Virus record (IMG/VR): IMGVR_UViG_3300036399_001297
Location: 19,005 to 83,004 of that record
Strand: one strand, 5' to 3'
Origin: a virus
Length of the DNA stretch: 64,000 bases
The notes beneath the pieces were generated by a model, which was not told where the DNA came from, ran no database searches, and saw nothing but the letters and a program-made list of their open reading frames with translations. The position numbers and the translations under genes are program-made. Positions 18,044 through 28,701 of the stretch are shown piece by piece. The stretch's first letter is position 1. The number at the start of each line of letters is the position of its first letter.

Positions 18044-19435
18044 ATGCAACCAGCATCTCTATCTTTCGATAAGAAATTATTTGAGAAAGTTTTTATATAT
18101 AATTGTCTAAAGGATTCTTTATATTTAGAGACTGTAATTGATCACACTAAACCATCATTCTTTCAAAACGAAAATATTAGAACGGTTTATAGCGTTATAC
18201 ATTCGTATTTCTGTTTACATAAAAAAATACCAAATTCAACAGAATTAAATCTTCATGTTACGGATGATGATACTAGAAAATCTTTAAAAGATGTGATTTT
18301 GTCGTTTAAAGATATTGATAAAACCTATGATAAAGATGTTTTATTAAATATAACCGAAAAATTTTTAAAGGAAAAAACAGTACTTCAAACTGTTCAGAAA
18401 ACATCAGTAGAAATACAATCGGGAGATTTCGATACTTCTAAAATTTTTAAAGAATTTGAGAAGGCTTGCAATATATCTTTAGTACATGATCACGGTATAG
18501 ATTATTTAGAAAATATAGATAAACATTGTGAAGATTTGTTAAAAACCTTTGAAACTATATCAACCGGATGGTCTTGGTTGGATGATAAATTAGGCGGCGG
18601 TTTTATGAAAAACGGAAAATCTTTATATCTGTTTTTCGGTCAAACTAATGTTGGAAAATCTATTTTTTTGGGAAATATAGCAACAAATGTACTAGAGCAA
18701 AATAAAACTGTTGTGTTAATTTCGATGGAAATGTCGGAAGAAGTATATGCAAAAAGAATCAGTGCTTGTATTTCTGACATACCGATGAGTGATTTAAAAG
18801 AAGAAATCCCAAGTTTAAAAACATATCTAAATGACTATAAAAATAATCACGAAAAATCAAAATTGATCATTAAAGAATTTCCACCTAAAAGTGTCACTCC
18901 TACACATATTAAAACTTATATACATAGATTGGTGAGAAAAGGAATTAAACCAGAATTAATAGTAATCGACTACCTATCTCTTATTTCAGCCGGAACAAAA
19001 GGATTAAATAGTTACGAATCGCAAAAAGAAGTAGCCGAACAAATAAGAAGTCTTTCTTATGAATTCGAATGCAGTATAGTCACAGCAGTACAAACAAATC
19101 GATCTGGTTATGGAGACAACCAACCCGAATTGGAATCTACATCAGAATCAATGGGAATTGCTCATACGGTAGATGCTCAAATATCTATATGGACAAGTGA
19201 AGAGGATAAAGATTTACATGTAATCCATATGGGGGTAGTCAAAAACCGATTTGGACCTAGAGATTGTCAAACTATTTTAGAAATAGATTACCCAACATTA
19301 AAATTAAAGGAGCCAGATGATGTAATTGATGATCTAGCGGTAAAAACTAGACCGATCAAAAAAAATATTGAGTCTTCTGATAATTTAAAAATTAAAAGTA
19401 CATTAGATATTATACAGAGTTTAGACAATGATTGA
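18044..19435 (+). CDS. replicative DnaB-like helicase (gp41-like)
   Basis: Walker A GQTNVGKS, SMEMSE, VIDYL, TAVQTNR, SES, KNRFG. Confidence 0.93.
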   Translation: MQPASLSFDKKLFEKVFIYNCLKDSLYLETVIDHTKPSFFQNENIRTVYSVIHSYFCLHKKIPNSTELNLHVTDDDTRKSLKDVILSFKDIDKTYDKDVLLNITEKFLKEKTVLQTVQKTSVEIQSGDFDTSKIFKEFEKACNISLVHDHGIDYLENIDKHCEDLLKTFETISTGWSWLDDKLGGGFMKNGKSLYLFFGQTNVGKSIFLGNIATNVLEQNKTVVLISMEMSEEVYAKRISACISDIPMSDLKEEIPSLKTYLNDYKNNHEKSKLIIKEFPPKSVTPTHIKTYIHRLVRKGIKPELIVIDYLSLISAGTKGLNSYESQKEVAEQIRSLSYEFECSIVTAVQTNRSGYGDNQPELESTSESMGIAHTVDAQISIWTSEEDKDLHVIHMGVVKNRFGPRDCQTILEIDYPTLKLKEPDDVIDDLAVKTRPIKKNIESSDNLKIKSTLDIIQSLDND

Positions 19436-19471
19436 AAAATTCTATGTTTTATATAAATATATAAAACATAA

Positions 19472-20362
19472 ATGGATAATTGCTTTCACATATTTAATCA
19501 TAAAGATCTAGACGGTGTTTTGAGTCTTTTGGTATTTAAATGGTTTTACCCCGAAGCCACTATTACCTATAAAGCCGTAACAAATTTAAACGTCGAGGTA
19601 CAAATAGAAGAACACTTAAAAAATATTATCAATCCTCATAATATATACGTGTTAGATTTAGCATTACGCGAATCATTCAAACCTTTTGATTTGCCGTTTG
19701 TAACTTTTATAGATCATCATAAAAGATCTAATGAATTTAAAGATATTTTTACAAATTCTAAAATACTACTAAAGGAATATAGCTCAAATGTAAAATTGAC
19801 CTATAAAATTTTAGAAAAAATTAAATCGATTACATTAACAAATGAGCAAAAAAAATTAATATTATTAGGAGATGATTTCGATTCAGGTGAAAATAAATTC
19901 GAAGAATCGTATGATTTAAATATATTATTTTGGGCTTTTTATAAAAATAACATTGGAAATTTTTTAAAAAAGTATAATAATGGGTTTTTTGGAATTTCTG
20001 AAAAAGAGAAAAAAATAATTTTAGAATGTAAAATGCAAGCGATTGGATTTTTGCGCGAACTTCCTATATTTAAAGGTTCCATAAACATCGAAGGGCAAAA
20101 CAAAACTGTTATATGCAGTCACGGAGAAACCATAAATACTCTAACATTGGATTATATGCTAAAAAAATATGAAACAGATTTATTGTTTTTTATAAATACT
20201 AAGACCGAAAAAGTTAATTTAAAACAAAAAAAATCAGAAAACAATATAGATTTAGCCAAATTTGCAACTAAATATTGCAATGGAAACGGTCATAATCTAT
20301 CAGCTGGTGGTAATATGACAGATATTTTTATGGAGTTGACAAAAAATTTTAAAGCTATATGA
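19472..20362 (+). CDS. DHH-family phosphoesterase
   Basis: HKDLDG, VLDL, IDHH, C-terminal GNGHNLSAGG (DHHA1-like). Confidence 0.85.
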   Translation: MDNCFHIFNHKDLDGVLSLLVFKWFYPEATITYKAVTNLNVEVQIEEHLKNIINPHNIYVLDLALRESFKPFDLPFVTFIDHHKRSNEFKDIFTNSKILLKEYSSNVKLTYKILEKIKSITLTNEQKKLILLGDDFDSGENKFEESYDLNILFWAFYKNNIGNFLKKYNNGFFGISEKEKKIILECKMQAIGFLRELPIFKGSINIEGQNKTVICSHGETINTLTLDYMLKKYETDLLFFINTKTEKVNLKQKKSENNIDLAKFATKYCNGNGHNLSAGGNMTDIFMELTKNFKAI

Positions 20363-20664
20363 TAATAACATCATCGCAACAAATACAAGATCTATTAAAC
20401 CCATCTGAACAGTTGAACCTCTTAGAATTTGAAATGATTACTATGATGTTTGCCTCATACATATGCATAATCAAAAACAAAAAATTAAACTATTTAAATT
20501 TTTTAAAAATTTTAGTGGAAGATAAAAAAATACAACAAATATATTGTAAAGCATTAGGAGAAGAAAGTTTTCAAAATGTAGTTAAAACGTATTTAAATTC
20601 TACGCCTAATGTATATAAAAAAATATTCAGATCTAAATTCAATAAAAATATAAAATGCAATTAA
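20359..20664 (+). CDS. hypothetical protein
   Basis: 101-aa ORF coupled by ATGA overlap. Confidence 0.6.
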   Translation: MIITSSQQIQDLLNPSEQLNLLEFEMITMMFASYICIIKNKKLNYLNFLKILVEDKKIQQIYCKALGEESFQNVVKTYLNSTPNVYKKIFRSKFNKNIKCN

Positions 20665-21299
20665 CCGAAAAAGAAAAAAATATATACAACTGTTTTTTAA
20701 AACATTTCAGAAACGGAGAACCATTTAAACCTAGAAAAAATTTTAATGATATTTCAATATCAGTGATAACTGATATTAAAAAAGTATCTAGATTGTTAGA
20801 AAAATTCAATTATATAAATTGGGATGAATTTTTTGGATCAGTTAGACGTTTAAATCCAGACGAAAAATGCCCTAACTTAAATTTTTTTACAACAAGACCA
20901 GCTATAAAATGTTATAATCTTTTTAAAAAACAGCAAGAAAATAGAAATCCTGAATTACAGATAGACGACATCCGAAAGAGTATGCACCATATCGGAATGT
21001 TTTGCTTAAAAAATAAAATAAATTTAAATGATTACATAAAACACAAAACTAGTTTAATGTACTCTTGGATAAAAGATTATCAGGAACATAAAATAAATCT
21101 ATATTGTATATTAGATTTAGGAGATGTTTCTGGTCAATTGAGTAAATTATCAGAAGACGAAAAAGAACTATATGCTAATGAAATATTTAAAGCCATATCA
21201 ACCGCAAAAATGAGATATAACACAAATCAAACTATCAAAACCTACGTAAAAGAATCACACAAAAAAATAGAAACTTTTTTAAAAAAACACTTGCAATAA
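20655..21299 (+). CDS. hypothetical protein (position and size compatible with a gp59-like helicase loader)
   Basis: 214-aa basic ORF directly upstream of SSB; function inferred from synteny only. Confidence 0.45.
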   Translation: MQLTEKEKNIYNCFLKHFRNGEPFKPRKNFNDISISVITDIKKVSRLLEKFNYINWDEFFGSVRRLNPDEKCPNLNFFTTRPAIKCYNLFKKQQENRNPELQIDDIRKSMHHIGMFCLKNKINLNDYIKHKTSLMYSWIKDYQEHKINLYCILDLGDVSGQLSKLSEDEKELYANEIFKAISTAKMRYNTNQTIKTYVKESHKKIETFLKKHLQ

Positions 21300-21344
21300 A
21301 ATATAAATAATGCTAACCTATAAAAGAATTAAAAAATTCAAATC

Positions 21345-22193
21345 ATGAAATACAACACATCACTATTCGAATCTATCAAAGATTCATTGAACAAAAAGCA
21401 AACAAATACAGATAGCGGTTTCAAGGATTTCCTTAAACTTGAAAAGGATAATACTTACATCGTAAGATTATTGCCTAACGTAGAAAATTTCGAAAAAACA
21501 TTTCTACATTACTATTCACATATTTGGAAATCCAATAAGGACGGTTCGATTGTTAACGTATTCTGCCCTAATTCCTATAACGAAAGATGCCCCGTCGATG
21601 AATATCGCTCAAAGATTTGGAAATCTGGTTCAGAAGAAGAAAAGGAAAGCATTAAACCTTTGAAGAGAAACGAAAATTGGTTGGTGAATGTATACGTAAT
21701 CAAAGATCCTACAAATCCAGAGAATCAAGGAAAAGTTAAAATCTTGAGATACGGTAAACAACTTGATAAGATTATTATGAACGCAATTCAAGGAGATGAA
21801 TCTGATGAATTTGGTGCTAGAATTTTTGATCTGTCAGAAAACGGTTGTAACCTAAAAATCAAAGTAGAATCAAACGAAGGTGGTTATGCTACCTATGTGG
21901 CATCTCGTTTCCAGTCACCAACAGAAATTTCTGATCTTGAAAATCCAGATGGTGTTTACGAGTCTATAAAAAATCTTGAGGATATTTTCAAGCATCAATC
22001 ATACGAAGATATTCAAAATGTTTTGAATTCTCATTGGTTCAATAAAGAAGTAACCACTCAAAAACAAGATACACGGTCTACTATTGAAGACGATATTGAT
22101 GACGATGTGGTTGTATCCAAAAAAGAAACCGAAAAGGCTTCTTCCACCGATAAGGCAGATATTGATCTCGATGATCTTTTGAAGAATTTGTAA
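21345..22193 (+). CDS. single-stranded DNA-binding protein (gp32-like)
   Basis: IVRLLP, H..C..CP, NVYVIKDPTNPENQGKVKI, GCNLKIK, acidic C-tail ending DLDDLLKNL. Confidence 0.9.
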   Translation: MKYNTSLFESIKDSLNKKQTNTDSGFKDFLKLEKDNTYIVRLLPNVENFEKTFLHYYSHIWKSNKDGSIVNVFCPNSYNERCPVDEYRSKIWKSGSEEEKESIKPLKRNENWLVNVYVIKDPTNPENQGKVKILRYGKQLDKIIMNAIQGDESDEFGARIFDLSENGCNLKIKVESNEGGYATYVASRFQSPTEISDLENPDGVYESIKNLEDIFKHQSYEDIQNVLNSHWFNKEVTTQKQDTRSTIEDDIDDDVVVSKKETEKASSTDKADIDLDDLLKNL

Positions 22194-22197
22194 TCGT

Positions 22198-22830
22198 ATG
22201 AATAATGATCCATATGAAAATTTAGAAGTTGCAAAGCTGGCCGCTATTATGAGCGGCCAGCTACGCCGAATAGATAAAGAAACTGAATCTTCTACGCCAG
22301 CAAATAGAATAGATTTGCGAAAATTTCAACAGCAAGTGGTAAATTCCGCAAATCCTAATTCTGCTAGAAATGTTGACTTCAATTATTATCAAAATCCAGA
22401 TGAGGCTAGAATGATGGAGTATTTAAATAATGAAGCTTTGAATAAGGTTCCAGAATTAATTCCCGCTCCAAATTATATCCCACCTCAAACTGTTCATGTA
22501 CCGCCTGAAAATATTACGCCAATTGTTCAGTCTATTCCTGAACCAGAGCCTATACAACAAGTCAAAATAACAGAAAATCAGGTCAATTATATTCCCAATG
22601 AAGAGTTAATTGTTTATATTAAAAGCATTGACAATTCGTTAAAAGACTTGTGTTCTTTTTTGATTACTTCTGACTTTAAAAAAAACAAAAAAAATCAAAC
22701 ATTAAAAAAAACGAAAATAAAAACGACATCAACAGCCGACTATTTGATTCCAACGATCTCAAAGGAGAGGGAACTGGAATTGTTGAGAGAGAAAAACCTA
22801 TATATGAAAGACATACAGAATGTCGAATAG
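22198..22830 (+). CDS. hypothetical protein
   Basis: 210-aa ORF, Pro-rich middle. Confidence 0.6.
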   Translation: MNNDPYENLEVAKLAAIMSGQLRRIDKETESSTPANRIDLRKFQQQVVNSANPNSARNVDFNYYQNPDEARMMEYLNNEALNKVPELIPAPNYIPPQTVHVPPENITPIVQSIPEPEPIQQVKITENQVNYIPNEELIVYIKSIDNSLKDLCSFLITSDFKKNKKNQTLKKTKIKTTSTADYLIPTISKERELELLREKNLYMKDIQNVE

Positions 22831-23572
22831 AAAAATCTCCTTATCTAAGGAACATTTGGAAAAAATTCTCAAGCCCATTAATAAAATTACTGAATCGTGC
22901 GTATTAAAAGGAAAAGCAGATCAACTTCATACCATTTGTTCCACAGAAGATAAATCAGTAATATTATATGCAAAATTAAAAATTTCAAATGTTTTAGATG
23001 ATGACTTAAAATTAAATCTTATAGGTATTAAAAAACTAATATCTGGATTAAATTCTTTAGGAAATTCGGGAGATTTTACATTATCATTTCACGATAATTA
23101 TATAAAATGCGAAATAGATGATAATGGTAAAAAAACACATTTAAAATATCATTTAGTAGATGATAATATCATTAAAGAATTTCCTTTAAAAATAGAAAAA
23201 ATAACAGCACTATCGTTTAATACGGAATTTGATTTGTCAGCAGATAATGCAAAAAAAATTCTCGCCGCTTCTTCATTTGCTACAGAAGCTCAAAAAGTTT
23301 ATTTTTCTTTGACTGATGGTGTTATAAATGCTGAAATAACCGATAAAACTGTCCCAAATATAGATAGCATGTTAATTCCTATCACAAATACTTGGAACGG
23401 AGAAGAACTTATTTCAGATTTTCCCATAAGTTTAGAAATATTTAAAAATCTAGTGTCTTTAAAAAATAACATTAGAGTTAAAATAAATAACGAGTGTAAA
23501 GTTGCAATTTTTCATATTATCGAAGATGGAGTATTGGAGTTGAAATACATAGTATCAGCACTAATTAAATAG
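22820..23572 (+). CDS. sliding clamp (gp45-like)
   Basis: 250 aa, clamp-like beta pattern, C-terminal LKYIVS; replication-module context. Confidence 0.7.
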   Translation: MSNRKISLSKEHLEKILKPINKITESCVLKGKADQLHTICSTEDKSVILYAKLKISNVLDDDLKLNLIGIKKLISGLNSLGNSGDFTLSFHDNYIKCEIDDNGKKTHLKYHLVDDNIIKEFPLKIEKITALSFNTEFDLSADNAKKILAASSFATEAQKVYFSLTDGVINAEITDKTVPNIDSMLIPITNTWNGEELISDFPISLEIFKNLVSLKNNIRVKINNECKVAIFHIIEDGVLELKYIVSALIK

Positions 23573-23576
23573 TGTT

Positions 23577-23891
23577 ATGGCTAAAAATAAAGTTACAAAT
23601 TGCTCATATTTCATAAAAAGAATGAGAGATTCTGGTTATGTGTGTGATAAACTTCCTATTGATTATAATACAACAGATCCTCGTTCTTGGACTGTTATAC
23701 TAGATCCGTATCAAACCAATGTTTTAATTACTTGTTTTAACAATCATAATGAATTGGATGAAGAGTATTTTGAATTACACGATGGCGGTCAATACATAAC
23801 AGAACATTTTAAAATTAAAACAAGTTCTATTGAAGTTATTATAGAATACCTAATTAAATTTGGAATCAATAATAAATCAATAAAATATTAA
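23577..23891 (+). CDS. hypothetical protein
   Basis: 104-aa ORF in operon. Confidence 0.6.
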   Translation: MAKNKVTNCSYFIKRMRDSGYVCDKLPIDYNTTDPRSWTVILDPYQTNVLITCFNNHNELDEEYFELHDGGQYITEHFKIKTSSIEVIIEYLIKFGINNKSIKY

Positions 23892-23903
23892 AAATACTTC
23901 AAT

Positions 23904-24275
23904 ATGACTAAAAAATCATCAAAAAATAAATCGACGGAAATAGCAAAAGAATCAAAGACTCCTAGTTTATCTTCCGCCAATATACAAGATATAGAAGAAA
24001 AAATTTTAACCGCGATCAATAACCAAGAATTGCAAAGAGGTATTGAAAAATGGATAAGAAATAATGAACAAAAACAAAAAGAAAATAATAGAGATTTAGG
24101 TCTATTGAGTGGTATTATCGGTGAGTATCTTGATTCTTACATACTGTTTGGTTATAATTTAGAAGGAGAACGTGTAATAATACAAAGCCAATCTTCCCCC
24201 AAAGATCGTGACGCTTTAATGGAATTTTTAAAAATAGTTTTTTTGAAACATCATCAAGGAGATATAAATGAGTGA
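23904..24275 (+). CDS. hypothetical protein
   Basis: 123-aa ORF in operon. Confidence 0.6.
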   Translation: MTKKSSKNKSTEIAKESKTPSLSSANIQDIEEKILTAINNQELQRGIEKWIRNNEQKQKENNRDLGLLSGIIGEYLDSYILFGYNLEGERVIIQSQSSPKDRDALMEFLKIVFLKHHQGDINE

Positions 24276-25248
24276 TAAAGACCCTATCTGTACTACAGAT
24301 GATTTTATTTCATCAACAAATAAATTACCAAATTCTAACACCTCAAAATTTCAAGATCCTTCTTGTTTAACCGGAGGAGGAATCTTAGACAAAGATAATT
24401 TATTTAGTTTTATTCATCCTCTAACATCACCATTCACAAATATAAACGATATAAAACCGTTTTTGTGTGAAGTAATGAGGGTTGCTGGCTTAGATCCTTC
24501 TATAATTGATAATATAGATCCGGTTTTAAACGAAGATCCTGAAAGCTCATTACAAGAATATCAAAATCAATTATTAAATTTTGATGCACTAAAATGTACA
24601 GGCGATCCTAGATTAAGCATGGGCGATTATCTAGAAAAAATGATGGGTGAATATATGCCTATCGCAGCAGAACAAGTTGAAAAAATAAGATCAGGTCAAG
24701 GATTGGAAAACCCATTAACTTCCGAATTCTTGGAAAGAAAGGCGATAGAATATGTTGAAAGTGTTTTTTCAGAAAAAACAAAAAGATTTACCGACTATAT
24801 TATTTCTATTTCTACCCCATTGCTATCAGACGAAAAAATTAAAGCTATAGAAAAAGCAAAACAAGATCCAAGGTTTAATCTAAAAAATGATGATGGTAGT
24901 TTTAAAATCAATCCTTTTCCGGTCACTTATGCTGGTTGGGAAAGATATACTGTTGGTCATGAAATCGGAGAAACGGTTCCTCTCTGTAATAATCTGGATA
25001 ATTTCGTTTACATGTTCTATGTAAAAATAGAAAACTTTACCGAAACATCTGATGCAAGAACCGGAGCAATGATAGAAAAAAAATCAAACCATCCTGTACC
25101 AGAAAGAAAATATTTTAGGTATTATGTAGACCAAAGAGAAGTGGTTGCTAAAAATTTAAATACTCCTTTAAACATTACAAAGGAAAGAGGATTTGAAAAT
25201 GGAGATCACCTAATGGCTATGGGTACATATAGTATACCTGATTATTAA
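24268..25248 (+). CDS. hypothetical protein
   Basis: 326-aa ORF ending before a bidirectional terminator. Confidence 0.65.
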   Translation: MSDKDPICTTDDFISSTNKLPNSNTSKFQDPSCLTGGGILDKDNLFSFIHPLTSPFTNINDIKPFLCEVMRVAGLDPSIIDNIDPVLNEDPESSLQEYQNQLLNFDALKCTGDPRLSMGDYLEKMMGEYMPIAAEQVEKIRSGQGLENPLTSEFLERKAIEYVESVFSEKTKRFTDYIISISTPLLSDEKIKAIEKAKQDPRFNLKNDDGSFKINPFPVTYAGWERYTVGHEIGETVPLCNNLDNFVYMFYVKIENFTETSDARTGAMIEKKSNHPVPERKYFRYYVDQREVVAKNLNTPLNITKERGFENGDHLMAMGTYSIPDY

Positions 25249-25262
25249 TATGTTTTTATATT

Positions 25263-25300
25263 AAAAAAGCCGAAGAATTTTATAGTTCTTCGGCTTTTTT
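25263..25300. terminator. bidirectional Rho-independent terminator
   Basis: aaaaaagccgaagaa / ttcttcggctttttt between convergent modules. Confidence 0.85.
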
Positions 25301-25305
25301 ATTTA

Positions 25306-28300
25306 TTATAAACAATCTTCGCTTATTGAAAATCTTACCAAATCTCTTGGTTTTATTTCACCGTTTGCATCATATTCCCATTTTTGACTATTCGGGTTGA
25401 AATCGTATACAATATCTAGACCATTTCCGGTAATACTATTATTTATTGTAATTATATTTCCCGATAAATCTGTTGTTGTAGTAATAAATCCGCCAGAAAG
25501 CCCACTTAAAATTGTGTTATTGGTTGTTATAGTAACACCCTTAAAATATCCTTGTGGGGTTATTTTACCATAATTTAAATTGTTTATAGGAACACCATAT
25601 CTAGAATTTCTTGCGTTCCTTCTTCTAGAAGCATTTGAACCAGTACTAAACCCAAATCCGCCGCCACCACAACCAGCTAACGAATGCGGACCACCAACAG
25701 GATCGTCTCCCTGTGCTGGTGCTGGATTAGGAGCTTCTGAACTAGGATCATCAGCCATATTCACCCACGCAGCATTATCAGCGGCTCTGGTCATTTGAGG
25801 AGCATCAAATTGATGAGAATGGTCATCAGGAACCTTAGATGAATTAGATGTAAAATTAAAAACCACACCAGCACCATACCCAACAAAATATCCAGTAGGA
25901 ACAGGATGAATACCTATCATCAATAATATTCTATCGTATACTTCTTGGAATATAGTTAGTAATCCTTTAGGGGTAAGCATCAACATTTTTAAAGGATTGT
26001 CACGAACCAATACGTTTTTAATCTTATCAAAAATATTAATACCAGCCGCACCACCTGTATAATATGTTGTTGCGTTTGAGGTTGATTTTGGTGAAGAGTT
26101 GGAGGTAGTTTCAGATCTCATTGTTTTAACCTTGAGATGTTTTACCGATAAAGCACCGTCTAATGTGATAGAACCTTTAACTCCTAAATTTCCTGATACT
26201 GATAGATTTCCGTTCACCCCAACGCTTGGAGCAGTCAGACCTATACCTTTTGCTCCGGTTATATGAACTAAATCGCCGTTTACATTTGTAACGTTTTTAG
26301 ATGTTAAAACTACTGGACCGTCTGTAGAATTTAAATCCAAAAATCCGCCTGTGATAGATATTTTACCGTTTGATTCCATTGAGATACCCGGTGATCCGGC
26401 TATCATTTTAATATCATTTGCGGATCTAAAAAATAAATCTCCAGCAGATGTTTTGTTTGGAATTATATACACAACAGTTGGAACCTTTTCTCCGGTTAGA
26501 TGTAATGGATTTGCTTTAGCCCCTGTACCTTTTTTCATACCAGTTGGTATACAACCACAATCGTCTTTTAATTCTTTTGAACATTTTGCATTGTTCATAT
26601 GTTCACCGCCAGCATCAATACCATAAGAACCTAATACGGTTTGTACATTTGATCCCGCCTTAAAATTCTTTGCGCTTTCGTTTATTTCATTTTGTTTTTG
26701 TGAAAAAGTTTCGGCTGCTTTTTTACTAGCATTTTCCATAGCACTTGCATAAGATTTAACCTTTCCTTTATCACACATACCGCACCCCTCACCACCCGAT
26801 ACGGCCAATGCACTAATTTCGTTTAACATTGGTATAACTATAAAGTTTATTAAAAATTTAGTTACACCCCAATTCCAACAATCCCAAGGTAAAATATTAG
26901 AATATTTTCGTATGGTTCTTAATATTTTTGTAACAAAGTCTGATCTATCATCTGCTAATTTTTGATCACATACAGGACAACTAACATCTTCTCCCCCTTG
27001 AGCTATATCGTTTGCTTGTTGATTTGCTATTTGCTCTACTAGTGCTTGTTCTTTTTTTAACTGATCTGATGCTGCTTTTTGATCTTTTTGAGAGACTCCA
27101 GATGTTACTTCAAGATCACCAACAATTTTAACTTTTCCGTTTGGTGCTGTTATTACTACATCTCCTGACGAACCACCATCAATAAGAGTTCCTTCTTCAT
27201 TACCCTTAATAGAACCACCACTATTACCGGGAGTTTGCAATTCAAATGTCGGACCATTAAGGCGAAGTCCCGCATCCTCAAGATTATTTATGTCAACAAA
27301 TGATTTGCAATAAGGTATCGCACTTCGAGTTCCAGACACCTCAACTCCACTTCTCATACCACCGCCAGCTTGATTGTTAGAATCAACCCATTTATATTCG
27401 GATGTTGAGTCTTCTGTTAAACTTGGCATATTATCTAACGATATTGAATCTTGCGGTAATTCAATTGAATCGTCTATTTGTTTTGCTAATAATACTAATC
27501 CAGCCGCAGGAGAAGATGCTCCTATAGCATATCTTATAGAATCTGGTTCGTATGCAGCAGCAAAATAAACAGGTCTTTGCACATCTCCACCATAGAAGAA
27601 TGCCCATAATTTAGCTCCCATTCTAGGAAAAGAAAAAACTCCATGAGGTCTACCACTATATCCAGCAAAAGCAGATGCGGGGGAAGGAGCATCGTCAACA
27701 GGTTCTGGGATAGGAGAAGGCAATGAATTGTCGGTTGCTGCTACTTGCACAGGTTTAAAATTTGGATCAACCTTAGTAGAAAACCAATTAGAATGTTGTG
27801 ACCATTCATTCGGTCTTCTCATTGGACCAAAATAAGAAGACATACCTCTCCATCCTTGATAATTTTTCTGCCCTGATTCCGCCCTTCCTGCTATATATCC
27901 TGATCCATTTTGACCTCCTTTACTTGTAGGTAAAACCCATGTTTTTGCTACATTAATATAAGCATCCGCCACTTTATTTGGATCTAATACATCCGACCTA
28001 GTTTTCAAACCGTACTGACCAGCTTTAAATTGTCCAGGTCCATAAGATTCTCCACCATCACCCACGGCATAAATATTATGAGTCGATTCTTGTTGTTGCA
28101 GCATCGTAAAATATCTAGCATAAGAAGCAGGAGATCCATCTATACCGAAATCTTTTCCGTCAAGAGGTATATAACCATTTAATGATGAATTTGCAATTTT
28201 TTGTTGCATCACATTATAAAAATTAACAGGATCTATATTTCCTTTTTTATCAACCGATATATTACCAATATTTCCCTGTATAGATTGAAAAGTTTGATCC

Positions 28301-28701
28301 GGTAATTCCACGTCTGATGAATCACCGTTTTTAGTAGACCAAGCGGGAGGATCGGGGGGATTTAGATCTGGCGTTTGAACATCAGGGTTAATTGTTTCTT
28401 GAAAACCTAATGCGGTTTGATTTGTAACGGGATTATAAAATGCACTTGTTCCACCTCCTGCTATTGGTGCAGCACATTCAGACCAAGGAAGAACTGTTCG
28501 CAAATCTTGTATTATATCAGGTGTTAATACACTTGGATCAATATGCCCAAAACTTAAATCTTTTATATTTTTATTTATTTTTTTATAAAGTGTGTTCGAT
28601 ACACCGGGAAAAAATATCTGACATCTTCCTCTATTTTCCGGATCACTTTCTGCTCCTGTTATTACTAGTCCTAAATAATTTCCGTATAATTTTTTTTTCA
28701 T
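25306..28701 (-). CDS. baseplate hub/central spike protein (gp5/VgrG-like) with lysozyme-like domain
   Basis: YLGLVI..DPENRGRCQI and FPRMGAKLWAFFYGGDVQRPVY OB-fold motifs; QQESTHNIYAVGDGGESYGPGQF lytic motif; Gly/Val/Asn-rich beta-helix-like region. Confidence 0.8.
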   Translation of the reverse strand: MKKKLYGNYLGLVITGAESDPENRGRCQIFFPGVSNTLYKKINKNIKDLSFGHIDPSVLTPDIIQDLRTVLPWSECAAPIAGGGTSAFYNPVTNQTALGFQETINPDVQTPDLNPPDPPAWSTKNGDSSDVELPDQTFQSIQGNIGNISVDKKGNIDPVNFYNVMQQKIANSSLNGYIPLDGKDFGIDGSPASYARYFTMLQQQESTHNIYAVGDGGESYGPGQFKAGQYGLKTRSDVLDPNKVADAYINVAKTWVLPTSKGGQNGSGYIAGRAESGQKNYQGWRGMSSYFGPMRRPNEWSQHSNWFSTKVDPNFKPVQVAATDNSLPSPIPEPVDDAPSPASAFAGYSGRPHGVFSFPRMGAKLWAFFYGGDVQRPVYFAAAYEPDSIRYAIGASSPAAGLVLLAKQIDDSIELPQDSISLDNMPSLTEDSTSEYKWVDSNNQAGGGMRSGVEVSGTRSAIPYCKSFVDINNLEDAGLRLNGPTFELQTPGNSGGSIKGNEEGTLIDGGSSGDVVITAPNGKVKIVGDLEVTSGVSQKDQKAASDQLKKEQALVEQIANQQANDIAQGGEDVSCPVCDQKLADDRSDFVTKILRTIRKYSNILPWDCWNWGVTKFLINFIVIPMLNEISALAVSGGEGCGMCDKGKVKSYASAMENASKKAAETFSQKQNEINESAKNFKAGSNVQTVLGSYGIDAGGEHMNNAKCSKELKDDCGCIPTGMKKGTGAKANPLHLTGEKVPTVVYIIPNKTSAGDLFFRSANDIKMIAGSPGISMESNGKISITGGFLDLNSTDGPVVLTSKNVTNVNGDLVHITGAKGIGLTAPSVGVNGNLSVSGNLGVKGSITLDGALSVKHLKVKTMRSETTSNSSPKSTSNATTYYTGGAAGINIFDKIKNVLVRDNPLKMLMLTPKGLLTIFQEVYDRILLMIGIHPVPTGYFVGYGAGVVFNFTSNSSKVPDDHSHQFDAPQMTRAADNAAWVNMADDPSSEAPNPAPAQGDDPVGGPHSLAGCGGGGFGFSTGSNASRRRNARNSRYGVPINNLNYGKITPQGYFKGVTITTNNTILSGLSGGFITTTTDLSGNIITINNSITGNGLDIVYDFNPNSQKWEYDANGEIKPRDLVRFSISEDCL

